Assembly (NCBI GenBank): GCA_015478585.1
Contig: JADMIM010000008.1
Location: forward strand, 5,784 to 69,783
Direction: 5' to 3'
Length of the DNA: 64,000 nt
From: Thermaceae bacterium
GTDB taxonomy: Bacteria > Deinococcota > Deinococci > Deinococcales > Thermaceae
Shown here: positions 1-9,157 of the stretch, piece after piece
Layout of the letters: each line of letters begins with the position of its first letter
How positions within the stretch are numbered: the stretch's first letter is position 1
Notes under the pieces: model-generated
Told to the model about the DNA's origin: nothing
What the model saw: the letters and a program-made list of their open reading frames with translations, nothing else
The model's database searches: none
Position numbers and translations under genes: made by a program

Positions 1-68
1 GAGCCTAGCAGCCGGAAAATTCCCCTGGGCCTGCCCCTACCACAACTCGTTTATTTTGAAGAGTGCTA

Positions 69-129
69 TAGAAATCCCCTATCCAGCCTCGACCCGACTT
101 CGAGTCATAACCTTGGCGAGGTTTTTTAG
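69..129 (+). repeat. 61-bp dispersed repeat, copy 1
   Basis: TAGAAATCCCCTATCCAGCCTCGACCCGAC...CTTGGCGAGGTTTTTTAG; collinear with 50906-50966. Confidence 0.75.
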
Positions 130-138
130 CTCCTCTCA

Positions 139-246
139 CTATCGCGGTTTCCGCTATTTTTGCTACTACTCATGGCGGCCAAAAGGAGCTTGGTACAGTC
201 TTTCTAACGGATTAGACTGTCCTATTCTTTCTGAAAACTGCTCTAG
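139..246 (-). mobile_element. MITE-like element, subfamily 1
   Basis: Ends CTATCGCGGTTTCC ... GAAAACTGCTCTAG; interior matches 48830-48923 (opposite strand) and 50749-50823. Confidence 0.7.
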
Positions 247-305
247 AGGGATTGAAGCTCTAGTGGGTGGATACCCGCATAGTCTTTATCTATCTGAAAT
301 CGGTA

Positions 306-1523
306 TTATGCGGTCTGCTTGCCAAAGCGCCGCTCGATGTAGTCTTGCACCAACTGCATAAAGTCGGTAGCGATAGTCTCACCCTGCAAGGTGGTTGCTA
401 ACTGGCCGTCTATGTATACCGGAGCCCTGGGGTGTTCGCCCGTGCCGGGCAGCGAAATTCCGATATCGGCGTGCTTGGACTCTCCAGGACCATTCACTAC
501 ACAACCCATTACCGCTACCTTGAGGTTTTCTACGCCAGGATACTGCTTGCGCCAGGCCGACATCCCCTCGCTCAGCTGCCTCGAGACCTGTAGTGCCAAT
601 TCCTGAAAAAAACTGCTGCTGGTGCGCCCACAGCCGGGGCAACTGCTCACCGTGGGGGCAAACTGGCGGATACCCAGTGCTTGCAAGATCTCTAGCGCGG
701 CCTCGACCTCGCGGGTGCGGGTCTCGCCCGGAGCAGGGGTGAGCGACACCCGGATGGTATCGCCGATGCCCTCCGACAGCAGGGGGGTCAGGCCTGCCGC
801 CGAGGCCACGATGCCCTTGGTTCCCATGCCCGCCTCGGTCAGACCCAGGTGCAGCACGGCATCGGTGCGTCGGGCCAACTCCCGGTTGACCTGCCACAAA
901 TCCAGGGCGTTGGAAATCTTGACCGAGAGTACGATTTTCTCTGGCTTCATGCCGTACTTGAGCGCCCACTCCTGCGAGCGCAGCGCCGACTCCACACAGG
1001 CCTCGAGCATAACCTGATGGGCATCCTGGGGTTCAGGGTTCTTGGCATTGGCATCCATCAGCTCGGTCAGAAGCCCTTGGTCGAGCGAACCCCAGTTCAC
1101 CCCGATGCGCACTGGCTTATCGAGTTCGACAGCCACCTCGCACATGGTCTTGAAGTTGGGGTCTTGCTGCTTGCCTTTGCCTACTGTGCCCGGATTGATG
1201 CGCAGTTTATCGAGAGCAGCCGCCATCTTGGGATATTTGCGCAGCAACAGATGGCCATTGAAGTGAAAATCTCCCACCAGTGGAGTGGTAAACCCCAGCG
1301 CCAGCAGACGTTCCTTGATTTCCGGTACGGCCTGAGCGGCATCTTCGTCGTTAACCGTGATGCGCACGATTTCCGAGCCCGCCCTGGCCAGGGCTGCGAT
1401 CTGGGCAACGGTAGCGGTGATGTCGGCAGTGGCGGTGTTGGTCATGGATTGGACACGCACTGGATGGTTACTGCCCATGGGTACATTGCCAATCCAGACA
1501 GTTGGGGTCTTGCGACGCTTCAT
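306..1523 (-). CDS. ispG: (E)-4-hydroxy-3-methylbut-2-enyl-diphosphate synthase (MEP pathway)
   Basis: [36 protein letters not shown] and the 4Fe-4S ligands CPGCGRT and [12 protein letters not shown]; TAGGAT -10 box 6 nt upstream of the ATG. Confidence 0.96.
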   Translation of the reverse strand: MKRRKTPTVWIGNVPMGSNHPVRVQSMTNTATADITATVAQIAALARAGSEIVRITVNDEDAAQAVPEIKERLLALGFTTPLVGDFHFNGHLLLRKYPKMAAALDKLRINPGTVGKGKQQDPNFKTMCEVAVELDKPVRIGVNWGSLDQGLLTELMDANAKNPEPQDAHQVMLEACVESALRSQEWALKYGMKPEKIVLSVKISNALDLWQVNRELARRTDAVLHLGLTEAGMGTKGIVASAAGLTPLLSEGIGDTIRVSLTPAPGETRTREVEAALEILQALGIRQFAPTVSSCPGCGRTSSSFFQELALQVSRQLSEGMSAWRKQYPGVENLKVAVMGCVVNGPGESKHADIGISLPGTGEHPRAPVYIDGQLATTLQGETIATDFMQLVQDYIERRFGKQTA

Positions 1524-1589
1524 AGCGTTATCCTAAGCCAGAGGGGTTAGAGGGATAGTGGCCTGAAGGAGAGAAAGCGGGGGTGCGAG

Positions 1590-3203
1590 TTAGCCACGCT
1601 GGGGGTGAGTGGAGAGTTCCCTGGCGACCCAGGTCACTGGAACCGAACCAAATTCCAGAAGCTTGTCGTGGAAGGCTCGAAGCTCCCCACCGAGTTTCTC
1701 TCGCAAATCTCTTATGGCCTGCGTTCCCAGCCAGTACATCAGCCGGGTGGCTGGATAAAGCGAGTTGCGGGCGGTTTCCGACCAGGCTCGCCCTGCGGCT
1801 ATCCCCACTTCCTCGCGGTAGAAAGCCCGCATCTGCTCTAAGTTCCAGACCCCTCGGTGCAAGCGAAGATCCCCCAGGCACATCGCAGCGTTGCGCAGCT
1901 CGGCGTGCTTGAGTACCAGCCACTCTCTGGGGGTATAGAAGTTTTCGGCCTCCAGCATCAAATCCTGCACGTAGCAGGCCCAACCTTCAATCATTGTGCC
2001 GCCCGAGAGCATTGCAATCCCCGCAGCGCAATCCGTTCCGACCAGCCGTCCTAGGCGAACCTGCGAAGCCCTGGCCCTGGCATTTTGGGTGTGGTGGCCG
2101 ATAGAGCCGTGGTGAACGACGTGGGTAATCTTGATGGTAGCGAAGTTTTGACCGCGCAGATAGGCATTGACATTGTCTCCAGGAGGGAAAACCCAATAGA
2201 CGCTGCCACTCGAGGCCCGGCCTGCTGGCGGCGAGCGATAAAATAAGAAATATAAATCCCCGGCGATACCCCTGGCCCACTCCGGCAAAATCTGGAAGCT
2301 CAGGCTGTAGTCTCGAGCTGGAGTCACCAATCCTGCTGCGTCAGCCTGCTCGAGCGCCCGCTGATTCCACCGCTCATAGGTCGGAATCACGTCCTCCAGC
2401 GCGGGATGCTCGTTTTCTAAGGCTGCCAACTGCTCTCGCCAGTCTCGAGATGGGTCGAGTTGGGCCGCCATCCCTGCGAGTTCGTTGCGGTAGCGCTGGA
2501 AGCCCTCTAGCGCCAACACTTCGGCTTCTTGGGGGCCAAGGGGCAACCCGTGGGCCTCACGCATCAGGAACTCGAGGTATTCCTCGCCACAAGCGGGGTT
2601 GGCCTGGGAGTGAGACTCCAGACCCGCTGCGAAAGAGCGGATCGCTTGAATTGCAGACTGTGTGGGCCGCTCGAGCTGTTCCGACCAGAACCGGTGAAGC
2701 CGCAGCCCCTGGTCTAGCAGCCGACCCAGCGCACTGCACTCGAGTCTCGCCCGCTGCACCCAATCGGCGGGAATCGCCCGATTGGCTAACCACTGTTGGC
2801 CCGACTTCAGGAAATCGGGGATGGCCCCTAGCCTTTGCCGCAAATCTTCGGGATTGCGCGGCGGGTCGCTCGGCAGCAGCAGTGAAATCAGGCCGAAGGC
2901 GACTTCGCCCGTGAACCAGGCCGGATTGTGGTAGCGCGGGCGTTGCTGCAACTCGCGGATGGCGACGCGGATTTGCGCTTGTAGCATTTGGGTTTCCAAG
3001 CGCTCAATGCTCGAGTTTCCGGGCGGGAGCTTATCACTTTCCTGACGCAATTCTTCCAGGGTCAAACCTTCGCGCTCGATAGCCCCTGCATCGGCAGGTG
3101 GGAGGCGATGGTCATGACCGTCCAGCCCCATAAAAGTCGCGTCCACCGGTCGAAACTCGGTGTACAACTTCAGAAATCGCTCGAGCAGGGCCTGCGAACT
3201 CAC
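1590..3203 (-). CDS. DUF885-family putative metallopeptidase (HHxxxGH variant)
   Basis: N-terminal P.DATFMGLDGHDHRLP, HVVHHGSIGHHTQ, IEGWACYVQDLM and C-terminal YWLGTQAIRDLRE...FHDKLLEFGSVP resemble DUF885 conserved blocks; last gene of the minus-strand operon. Confidence 0.7.
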   Translation of the reverse strand: MSSQALLERFLKLYTEFRPVDATFMGLDGHDHRLPPADAGAIEREGLTLEELRQESDKLPPGNSSIERLETQMLQAQIRVAIRELQQRPRYHNPAWFTGEVAFGLISLLLPSDPPRNPEDLRQRLGAIPDFLKSGQQWLANRAIPADWVQRARLECSALGRLLDQGLRLHRFWSEQLERPTQSAIQAIRSFAAGLESHSQANPACGEEYLEFLMREAHGLPLGPQEAEVLALEGFQRYRNELAGMAAQLDPSRDWREQLAALENEHPALEDVIPTYERWNQRALEQADAAGLVTPARDYSLSFQILPEWARGIAGDLYFLFYRSPPAGRASSGSVYWVFPPGDNVNAYLRGQNFATIKITHVVHHGSIGHHTQNARARASQVRLGRLVGTDCAAGIAMLSGGTMIEGWACYVQDLMLEAENFYTPREWLVLKHAELRNAAMCLGDLRLHRGVWNLEQMRAFYREEVGIAAGRAWSETARNSLYPATRLMYWLGTQAIRDLREKLGGELRAFHDKLLEFGSVPVTWVARELSTHPQRG

Positions 3204-4336
3204 CTCCTTGCTCCTTTGGGGAGAGCGGATGGCAAATCCACCCAGCGCCGCTCAAAGTGGGCCTGCACGATGGCATCCACCACCTCTTGGCTTTTGGCCC
3301 CGTCGTAGAAGGTGCATTCCTGGGGGGTATGGTCTAAAATCTCGTCCACGAAATGCCGCACCAAATTGCGGTAATAGAGTTCGGGCCAGGGGGTGTGCAG
3401 GTCGGTTCCGGGTGGATAAGCCCAGACCGGCAGCTCGACTTTTTTGAACTCCACCTGGTTGGGCGTGGCGAAGTGCAGGGTCTCAGCCACCCCGAACTCA
3501 GTGACCAGCCGAGCCACCGCCGCACCCTTGGAGCCATAGACCCGCAGCTCCACGCCGGGATAGTTGCCCACCGCGATATACGAGGTTTGCAGCATCCCGT
3601 GTGCCCCTGATGCAAACTCGGCAATCGCCACCGTGCCGTCCTCGACCTCGATGCGCTGGAGGTCTTGGCCGTAGCCCCGCACCACCCGCTCGGGCACGAA
3701 GTTCTGCATGGTCGAGGCCACGCTTTTGTACTCCCCTACGCACCAGCGTACCAAGTCCAGCAGGTGCGAGCCGTAGCCTACGATGCTGCTGGGAATCAGC
3801 TTGTTCCAGTCGGCTCCTTCGGGCACTTGCCGCAGTGGAAAATAGGGGTCGAGGAACTGGGAGTTTTGCTCGAGGCCGTGTACGTGGAAGATCTGACCCA
3901 GTCTGCCCTCGGCAATCCACTTTTGAATCTGCCGGATGGCAGGTGAGTAGCGGAAGGTGAAACCCAGCTTGGTACGCACGCCTTTTTCTTCCGCGGCTTT
4001 GGCGATGGCGAAGGCATCCTTGGCCTCGCGGGCCAAAGGTTTCTCGCACAGTACGTGTTTCCCAGCCTCAATGGCCGCATAGCTGAGGGGCAGGTGGGTG
4101 TCGGTGGGGGTACACACGTCCACCATCTCCACCTCGGGGTCGGCCAGGAGTTCACGGTGGTCGGTATACACCTTCTCAATACCGAACTTCTCGGCCATGG
4201 CCTGTGCCCGCTCCGGCACGATGTCGCAGATGGCAACCAAGCGGGCACGCTCAAAGGCAGCGTAGCCGGGCAGGTGGGCCTTCTCGGCCCAGGCGTGGGC
4301 TCCCAGCACCCCCACGCCGAGACGTTTGTCGCTCAT
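3200..4336 (-). CDS. Gfo/Idh/MocA family NAD(P)-dependent oxidoreductase
   Basis: N-terminal Rossmann fold, VCTPTDTH, GKHVLCEKP motif, YGSHLLD. Confidence 0.88.
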   Translation of the reverse strand: MSDKRLGVGVLGAHAWAEKAHLPGYAAFERARLVAICDIVPERAQAMAEKFGIEKVYTDHRELLADPEVEMVDVCTPTDTHLPLSYAAIEAGKHVLCEKPLAREAKDAFAIAKAAEEKGVRTKLGFTFRYSPAIRQIQKWIAEGRLGQIFHVHGLEQNSQFLDPYFPLRQVPEGADWNKLIPSSIVGYGSHLLDLVRWCVGEYKSVASTMQNFVPERVVRGYGQDLQRIEVEDGTVAIAEFASGAHGMLQTSYIAVGNYPGVELRVYGSKGAAVARLVTEFGVAETLHFATPNQVEFKKVELPVWAYPPGTDLHTPWPELYYRNLVRHFVDEILDHTPQECTFYDGAKSQEVVDAIVQAHFERRWVDLPSALPKGARR

Positions 4337-5433
4337 GGCAACTCCTTTGCGATGCTGCGGACGTAAGCCTCGAGTTCGTCGTAGTTGTGAAAGCCCAGTT
4401 GGCGCTCGCCGCGCTCGATTTCAAGAATCATCTCCGAGAGCTTCTCTACTAGCCGGGTATCCGCCCCCGCCGCCTTCCCGTAGCGGATCAGGTGTGAACT
4501 CATGTCCCCGACCTCCGAGGGCCGCTGGCGGTAGACGATATCCCACCAAATGCCCGAGCCTTTCTTCTTGAACTCGTGTTGATTGGGCTGCTGGTCTTTT
4601 TTGAGCAGCCACATGGCGTGGTTGATGTTGTCAAGCAGCTTCTGTGTGTCCGCCGGGGTTTTGGGCTTGTAGTTGGCGGGGTCGAAGAAGTCGAAGGCTT
4701 CCACTGTGATTCCATTGGCTTCGGCGATTTCCAGCGCCTCTCGCACCACCGCACCCGCCACCCGCGCGTAGCGTTCCACCCCCAGGGTTTGGTGGATACG
4801 AGCGTCGGCTAGGGCGCTAAAGATCACTTGTTGAGAGTAAACCTCCTTGGCCCAGATTTGCCCCCAGATGTTATGCGAGAGTTGAACCTTGGTGAGCGAC
4901 TCGAGCATCTTGGTCAGCTCCAAAAGCCTGGGAGTGAACTCTGCGGTGCTCATCTCGCCCAGTTGAATCGGCCCCTCGTGGACGAACTCGAGGTAGCCGG
5001 GGTCTACGAGTGCGCCACCGTAGTTGGGAATCGAGCCTACCACCCGCTCCATGCCGCCTAGCCCGGCCTCCTTCAAAACCCCGGCTATGACCGGCTCGTT
5101 GAAACCGTTCTGGAAGGAGACGATAAAAGTCTCAGGTGATATCAGCGGCAGAATCTGCCGCAGTGCGCCCTCGGTGTGCTGCGACTTGGTGGCGATCAGA
5201 ACAGCCCCGAGCGGCCCGTTTTGTTCGAGGTGCGCGGGCAACTGGTCAGGGGTTAGGGCTTTGACCGGGATGATCATCTCGCCACGAATGCCGTCTATAA
5301 ACAGCCCTTGGGCATTCATCGCTGCCACGTGTTCTTTCCAGCGGTCTACCAGCACTACCTCGTAGCCGGCTTGGCTCATGTACGAACCCGCCAGCCCGCC
5401 GATGGCTCCAGAACCGATAATCGTAACTTTCAT
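4333..5433 (-). CDS. Ketopantoate reductase (ApbA/PanE)-like oxidoreductase
   Basis: IIGSGAIGG, IATKSQHT, SFQNG, WAK and SE motifs; longer than typical PanE, with a divergent C-terminus. Confidence 0.75.
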   Translation of the reverse strand: MKVTIIGSGAIGGLAGSYMSQAGYEVVLVDRWKEHVAAMNAQGLFIDGIRGEMIIPVKALTPDQLPAHLEQNGPLGAVLIATKSQHTEGALRQILPLISPETFIVSFQNGFNEPVIAGVLKEAGLGGMERVVGSIPNYGGALVDPGYLEFVHEGPIQLGEMSTAEFTPRLLELTKMLESLTKVQLSHNIWGQIWAKEVYSQQVIFSALADARIHQTLGVERYARVAGAVVREALEIAEANGITVEAFDFFDPANYKPKTPADTQKLLDNINHAMWLLKKDQQPNQHEFKKKGSGIWWDIVYRQRPSEVGDMSSHLIRYGKAAGADTRLVEKLSEMILEIERGERQLGFHNYDELEAYVRSIAKELP

Positions 5434-5451
5434 CTGCCTCCTTTGAAAACC

Positions 5452-5484
5452 GCTCTACCTCTGAGAGGGGGCTGGGGTGAGGGC
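5452..5484 (+). repeat. CCCTCT...AGAGGG-GGGGTGAGGG palindromic repeat
   Basis: GCTCTACCTCTGAGAGGGGGCTGGGGTGAGGGC; same family as 18573, 55354 and 63671. Confidence 0.55.
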
Positions 5485-6365
5485 TATAAGCGAGGGTCGA
5501 GTGCATCACGCAACCCATCGCCCAGAAAGTTGATTGCTAGCACCGTAATCAAGATAAATAGGCCCGGAAACAGGGCCAGCCAGGGGGCTTGGGAAAGCCA
5601 ACCCTGGGCCGCGTTGAGCAGGTTGCCCCAGGTGGGCGTGGGGGGCTGCACGCCCAGCCCGAGAAAGGAAAGGGCCGACTCCAAGAGGATGGCGTTGCCC
5701 ACCGAAAGGGTGGTGGCTACCACGATGGGGCCGACAGTATTGGGCAGGATGTGGCGGAACATGATTCGGTTGTTAGAGCCCCCCAGGGCCCGAATGGCTT
5801 CCACATACTCCGCCGAGCGCAGCTTCAAAAACTGTCCCCGCACGATGCGGGCAGTGCTCATCCACCCCAGCCCACCGATAATCCCTACCAACAGCGCGAC
5901 ACTGGGGTGGAGTATCCCCGAGAGCAATATGACCAGGGGCAGTAGCGGAATCGAGAGCATCACATCGGTAAAGCGCATCAGCAAGGGGTCAACCCAATGT
6001 CCGTAGAAGCCCGCCAAAGCCCCCACCAAGGTACCCAGCAAGGTGGCGACCAGTGCACTCAAAAGCCCGACTCTCAGAGAGACTCGAGCCCCGTACAGCA
6101 CTCGAGTGAAACTGTCACGGCCCAGTTCGTCGGTGCCCATCCAGTGTTGGGAGCTGGGTGAGCGAGGCTGCCCCATCAGGGCCACGTTTTGCTGATCGTA
6201 TCCGTACGGCGTGAGCACTGGGGCCAGGATGGAAACCAACCCCAGCAAGACCAGAATGCCTAAGCCAGCTACGGCCAGTTTGTGCTTGAAGAAGCGGTGC
6301 AAGACCTGACCGAGAAAAGACTCTCGCCGGGGAAGCCAGCGGGGAATGGACTGGCTTTTATCCAT
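5484..6365 (-). CDS. Peptide/nickel ABC transporter permease (OppC/DppC-like)
   Basis: HWMGTDELGRD, EYVEAIRALGGS (EAA loop), HILPN, LSFLGLGVQPPTPTWG. Confidence 0.92.
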   Translation of the reverse strand: MDKSQSIPRWLPRRESFLGQVLHRFFKHKLAVAGLGILVLLGLVSILAPVLTPYGYDQQNVALMGQPRSPSSQHWMGTDELGRDSFTRVLYGARVSLRVGLLSALVATLLGTLVGALAGFYGHWVDPLLMRFTDVMLSIPLLPLVILLSGILHPSVALLVGIIGGLGWMSTARIVRGQFLKLRSAEYVEAIRALGGSNNRIMFRHILPNTVGPIVVATTLSVGNAILLESALSFLGLGVQPPTPTWGNLLNAAQGWLSQAPWLALFPGLFILITVLAINFLGDGLRDALDPRL

Positions 6366-7311
6366 AGGAAATCCGGGGGTCTACCAGAGCGTAAATCAGG
6401 TCGGTGAGAAAGTTGGTCAGCACCAGAGCGAAGGAACCCAGCATCATCAACCCCATCAACACCGGATAGTCACGCCCGTTCATGGAGTCTATGAAGAGCC
6501 GCCCCATACCCGGCCAGGCGAAGATGGTCTCGGTGATGACGGCCCCTGAGAGGATGGTAGCGAAGTCCAGCGCCACCACCGTGATGACGGGAATCAGCGC
6601 GTTGCGCAGGGCGTGGCGGTAAATCACGATGCGCTCGGACAGCCCCTTGGCCCTGGCGGTGCGCACGAAGTCTTGGGAGAGTATATCGGTCATGCTCGAG
6701 CGCACATAGCGGCTCCAGCCCGCCACCGAGGCCACCGCCAGAATTGAGGCGGGTAGGGCCAGATGTTTGAGGCGGTCTACCAGAGAACCATCTCCAATCG
6801 TGACCATGCCTGCCGAGGGCAGCCAGTGCAGATACACCGCAAATAGCAGTTGCAGCATCAGTGCCAGCCAGAAGACCGGCATGGAGATGCCCAGAAAAGA
6901 AGTAAACGTTACCGCATGATCCAAAGCCGAGTAGCGCCGCACCGCGCTCAAAATGCCCAGGGGTATAGCGATGAGCAAGGACAGCAAAAAGGCTGTGCCC
7001 CCCAGGGCCAAAGTAGCGGGTATGCGGCTGGCGATATCCTGTACCACCGGGTCTCCGGTGCGATAGGAATAGCCCCACTGTCCCCGCATAAAAGCCCCTA
7101 CCCAGGCCAGATACTGAATCGGTAGCGGCTTGTCCAGCCCTAGAGCCACCTTCATTTCCCGCAAGGCTTCTTGGCTCACTGAAGGGTTATCCGCATATAC
7201 GTCAAGCGGGCCGCCGGGGGCCAGGTGAAGCACAGCGAACAAAATTAGCGAGACCCCCAGCAGCAGAGGGAGTATCCCCAAAACACGCAAAAAGACAAAC
7301 CGTACACTCAC
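6358..7311 (-). CDS. Peptide/nickel ABC transporter permease (OppB/DppB-like)
   Basis: LGLDKPLPIQY, DFVRTARAKGL, HALRNAL, ITETIFAWPGMG, RDYPV; GTG start at 7311 after a GGAGG RBS. Confidence 0.92.
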   Translation of the reverse strand: MSVRFVFLRVLGILPLLLGVSLILFAVLHLAPGGPLDVYADNPSVSQEALREMKVALGLDKPLPIQYLAWVGAFMRGQWGYSYRTGDPVVQDIASRIPATLALGGTAFLLSLLIAIPLGILSAVRRYSALDHAVTFTSFLGISMPVFWLALMLQLLFAVYLHWLPSAGMVTIGDGSLVDRLKHLALPASILAVASVAGWSRYVRSSMTDILSQDFVRTARAKGLSERIVIYRHALRNALIPVITVVALDFATILSGAVITETIFAWPGMGRLFIDSMNGRDYPVLMGLMMLGSFALVLTNFLTDLIYALVDPRISYG

Positions 7312-7378
7312 GAATCTGCCCCTCCATAAGCAGGCTACCCTGTCCAAGAGCTACTTCGGACAGGGTAGCAACCGAATA

Positions 7379-8968
7379 TTAGCGCTTAAGCCACCAGCGG
7401 CTGGTATCCACGAAGTTGGTCATGTTGGTGGGGTTGGGAACAAAGTTTTGTAGTTTGTCAGTAACGGCGATAATCGAGGGATTGGTGGTGATGGGCAGGC
7501 TTACAGCATCATTTGCCAGGATGTCTTGAAACTGGAACAGCAGCTCTTTGCGCTTGTCGGGGTCAATGGTGTTTTGGGCTTGTTTGAGAATCGTATCCAG
7601 CTTGGGATTGCTATAGCCCTGACCGTTGTTGGGGCCATCCGAGCAGAAAAACACGCAGTAGTTGGGGTCGGCAGAGGTAATCCAACCCGAGTAGAAGAGG
7701 TCGTAGTTTCCCTTATAACGCGCTTCTCGGAAGGCTACTCCGGCCTTGTTATCTGGCATGGCCTCGATACCGATATCCTTCAGATTGGCGATGATGACTT
7801 GTTGGGCCACCTCGTCGTTGGTACGGCCTGACTGGGACATGATCTTGAAGCTTAGCCGCTTGCCACCCTTGGCCCGGATGCCATCGGAGCCGAGGGTATA
7901 GCCTGCGGCATCTAGAAGCTGTTTGGCTTTGGCGGGGTCGTAGGTGTATTTGGGGAGATTGGGGTTATAGAAAGGGAAGACCGGCAGAACCACCGAATCA
8001 ATAGCTTCGGGGAAGCCCCCCAGGGCCTTAGAGATGGCCTCTTTATTAATGGCATAGGCAATGGCCTTACGCACGTTGATATCCTGTAAGACCGGGTTGC
8101 GGAAATTGAAATCCAGGTGTTGCCAGGACAGGATGCGGTTCTTGAGAATTTTGAGGCCCGCCACTTGCTTGAGGCTTTCTACTTGCGAATAAGGCACGTT
8201 ATAGGCCATCTGCACCTCACCCGACTTGAGCTGGGTGACGGCCGTGTTGGCATCGGGGATAATTTTGAAAATAATGCTATCCAAGTAGGGCAGTTGCTGA
8301 CCACTGGCATCCTTGCGCCAGTACAGGGGATTGCGCTTGGTGATTACATACTGCCCCTTGGCCCAGTCACTGACTACGAAGGGGCCGGTACCCAGAGGTT
8401 TTTGATTGTAGGAGTCGGTGTTGAGATCTTTGCCCTCGAGGGTGTGTTTGGGCAGTATGCCAAAAGTAAACAAGGTAGAAGCAAAGTCGGGGGCTACGTG
8501 CTTGTAGTAGACCACTGCGGTCTGGGAGTTGGGACATTCGATGTGGTCCACGTCCTCGGTGCCATCCTTGGATTCGGCGATGAACTTGGGGTTCTTTACC
8601 GCTTCCCAGGTGAAGGTCACATCGTCACAGGTAAAAGGCTGACCATCCGACCACTTGACTCCAGGGCGCAGGTGATAGGTAATCACCATTTTTTGCCCCC
8701 CGTCAGTTAGTTTGATGCCTCCGTTCTTGAGGGTGGGCACTTCGGTCGCCAGTACCGGCACGTACTGGGCCTTGGCATCGGGTGCCAGCAAACCCTCGGC
8801 CACCGCGGCTTGTACGTCACCCAGATAGCCCGTCGAGTACACATTGAGGGTATCAATGTCATAACCCAGGGCCACGGTCAGGGTTCCCCCTTTCTCTTGA
8901 GCCAGAGAGATTCCGCCTAGCAGAATAAGAGCACCAACCAACAGCCCACCCATCGGCCTATACTGCAT
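7379..8968 (-). CDS. Family 5 (peptide) ABC substrate-binding protein
   Basis: Signal peptide, LRPGVKWSDGQPFTCDDV, PLGTGPF, VRKAIAYAINKE; ATG 8968 preferred over GTG 8989 on RBS spacing. Confidence 0.92.
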   Translation of the reverse strand: MQYRPMGGLLVGALILLGGISLAQEKGGTLTVALGYDIDTLNVYSTGYLGDVQAAVAEGLLAPDAKAQYVPVLATEVPTLKNGGIKLTDGGQKMVITYHLRPGVKWSDGQPFTCDDVTFTWEAVKNPKFIAESKDGTEDVDHIECPNSQTAVVYYKHVAPDFASTLFTFGILPKHTLEGKDLNTDSYNQKPLGTGPFVVSDWAKGQYVITKRNPLYWRKDASGQQLPYLDSIIFKIIPDANTAVTQLKSGEVQMAYNVPYSQVESLKQVAGLKILKNRILSWQHLDFNFRNPVLQDINVRKAIAYAINKEAISKALGGFPEAIDSVVLPVFPFYNPNLPKYTYDPAKAKQLLDAAGYTLGSDGIRAKGGKRLSFKIMSQSGRTNDEVAQQVIIANLKDIGIEAMPDNKAGVAFREARYKGNYDLFYSGWITSADPNYCVFFCSDGPNNGQGYSNPKLDTILKQAQNTIDPDKRKELLFQFQDILANDAVSLPITTNPSIIAVTDKLQNFVPNPTNMTNFVDTSRWWLKR

Positions 8969-9049
8969 AAGTATCCCCACCTCAGCCACCTCCTACAACG
9001 CTACCCTGAGCCGCTCCAGCGGAGATGATTCGGGGTAGATGTGATTGCA

Positions 9050-9078
9050 ACTTTATCGAGATAGAGTAGTATTGTCAA
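9050..9078 (-). promoter_or_regulatory. Sigma70-type promoter of the ABC/oxidoreductase/DUF885 operon
   Basis: On the minus strand, TTGACA (9078-9073) + 17 nt + TAAAGT (9055-9050). Confidence 0.65.
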
Positions 9079-9100
9079 TAACTTCCAAAAGGAGTAGATT
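9072..9100 (+). promoter_or_regulatory. Sigma70-type promoter of the DUF885/IclR operon
   Basis: TTGTCA (9072-9077) + 17 nt + TAGATT (9095-9100); overlaps the -35 of the divergent promoter. Confidence 0.55.
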
Positions 9101-9114
9101 CCATTCTACGGAAT
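9098..9114. promoter_or_regulatory. Candidate IclR-family operator
   Basis: Palindrome ATTCC-N7-GGAAT resembling IclR-type TTCCG-N5-CGGAA boxes; overlaps the plus-strand -10/+1; an IclR gene lies in that operon. Confidence 0.55.
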
Positions 9115-9157
9115 AAGATAGCCTATGGAATCCAAAACCGCTTCTATGGAGGATGCA

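Noticed and set aside
56-361. 101-aa ORF at the window start
   Set aside because: Made of repeat elements and overlaps the 3' end of ispG antisense
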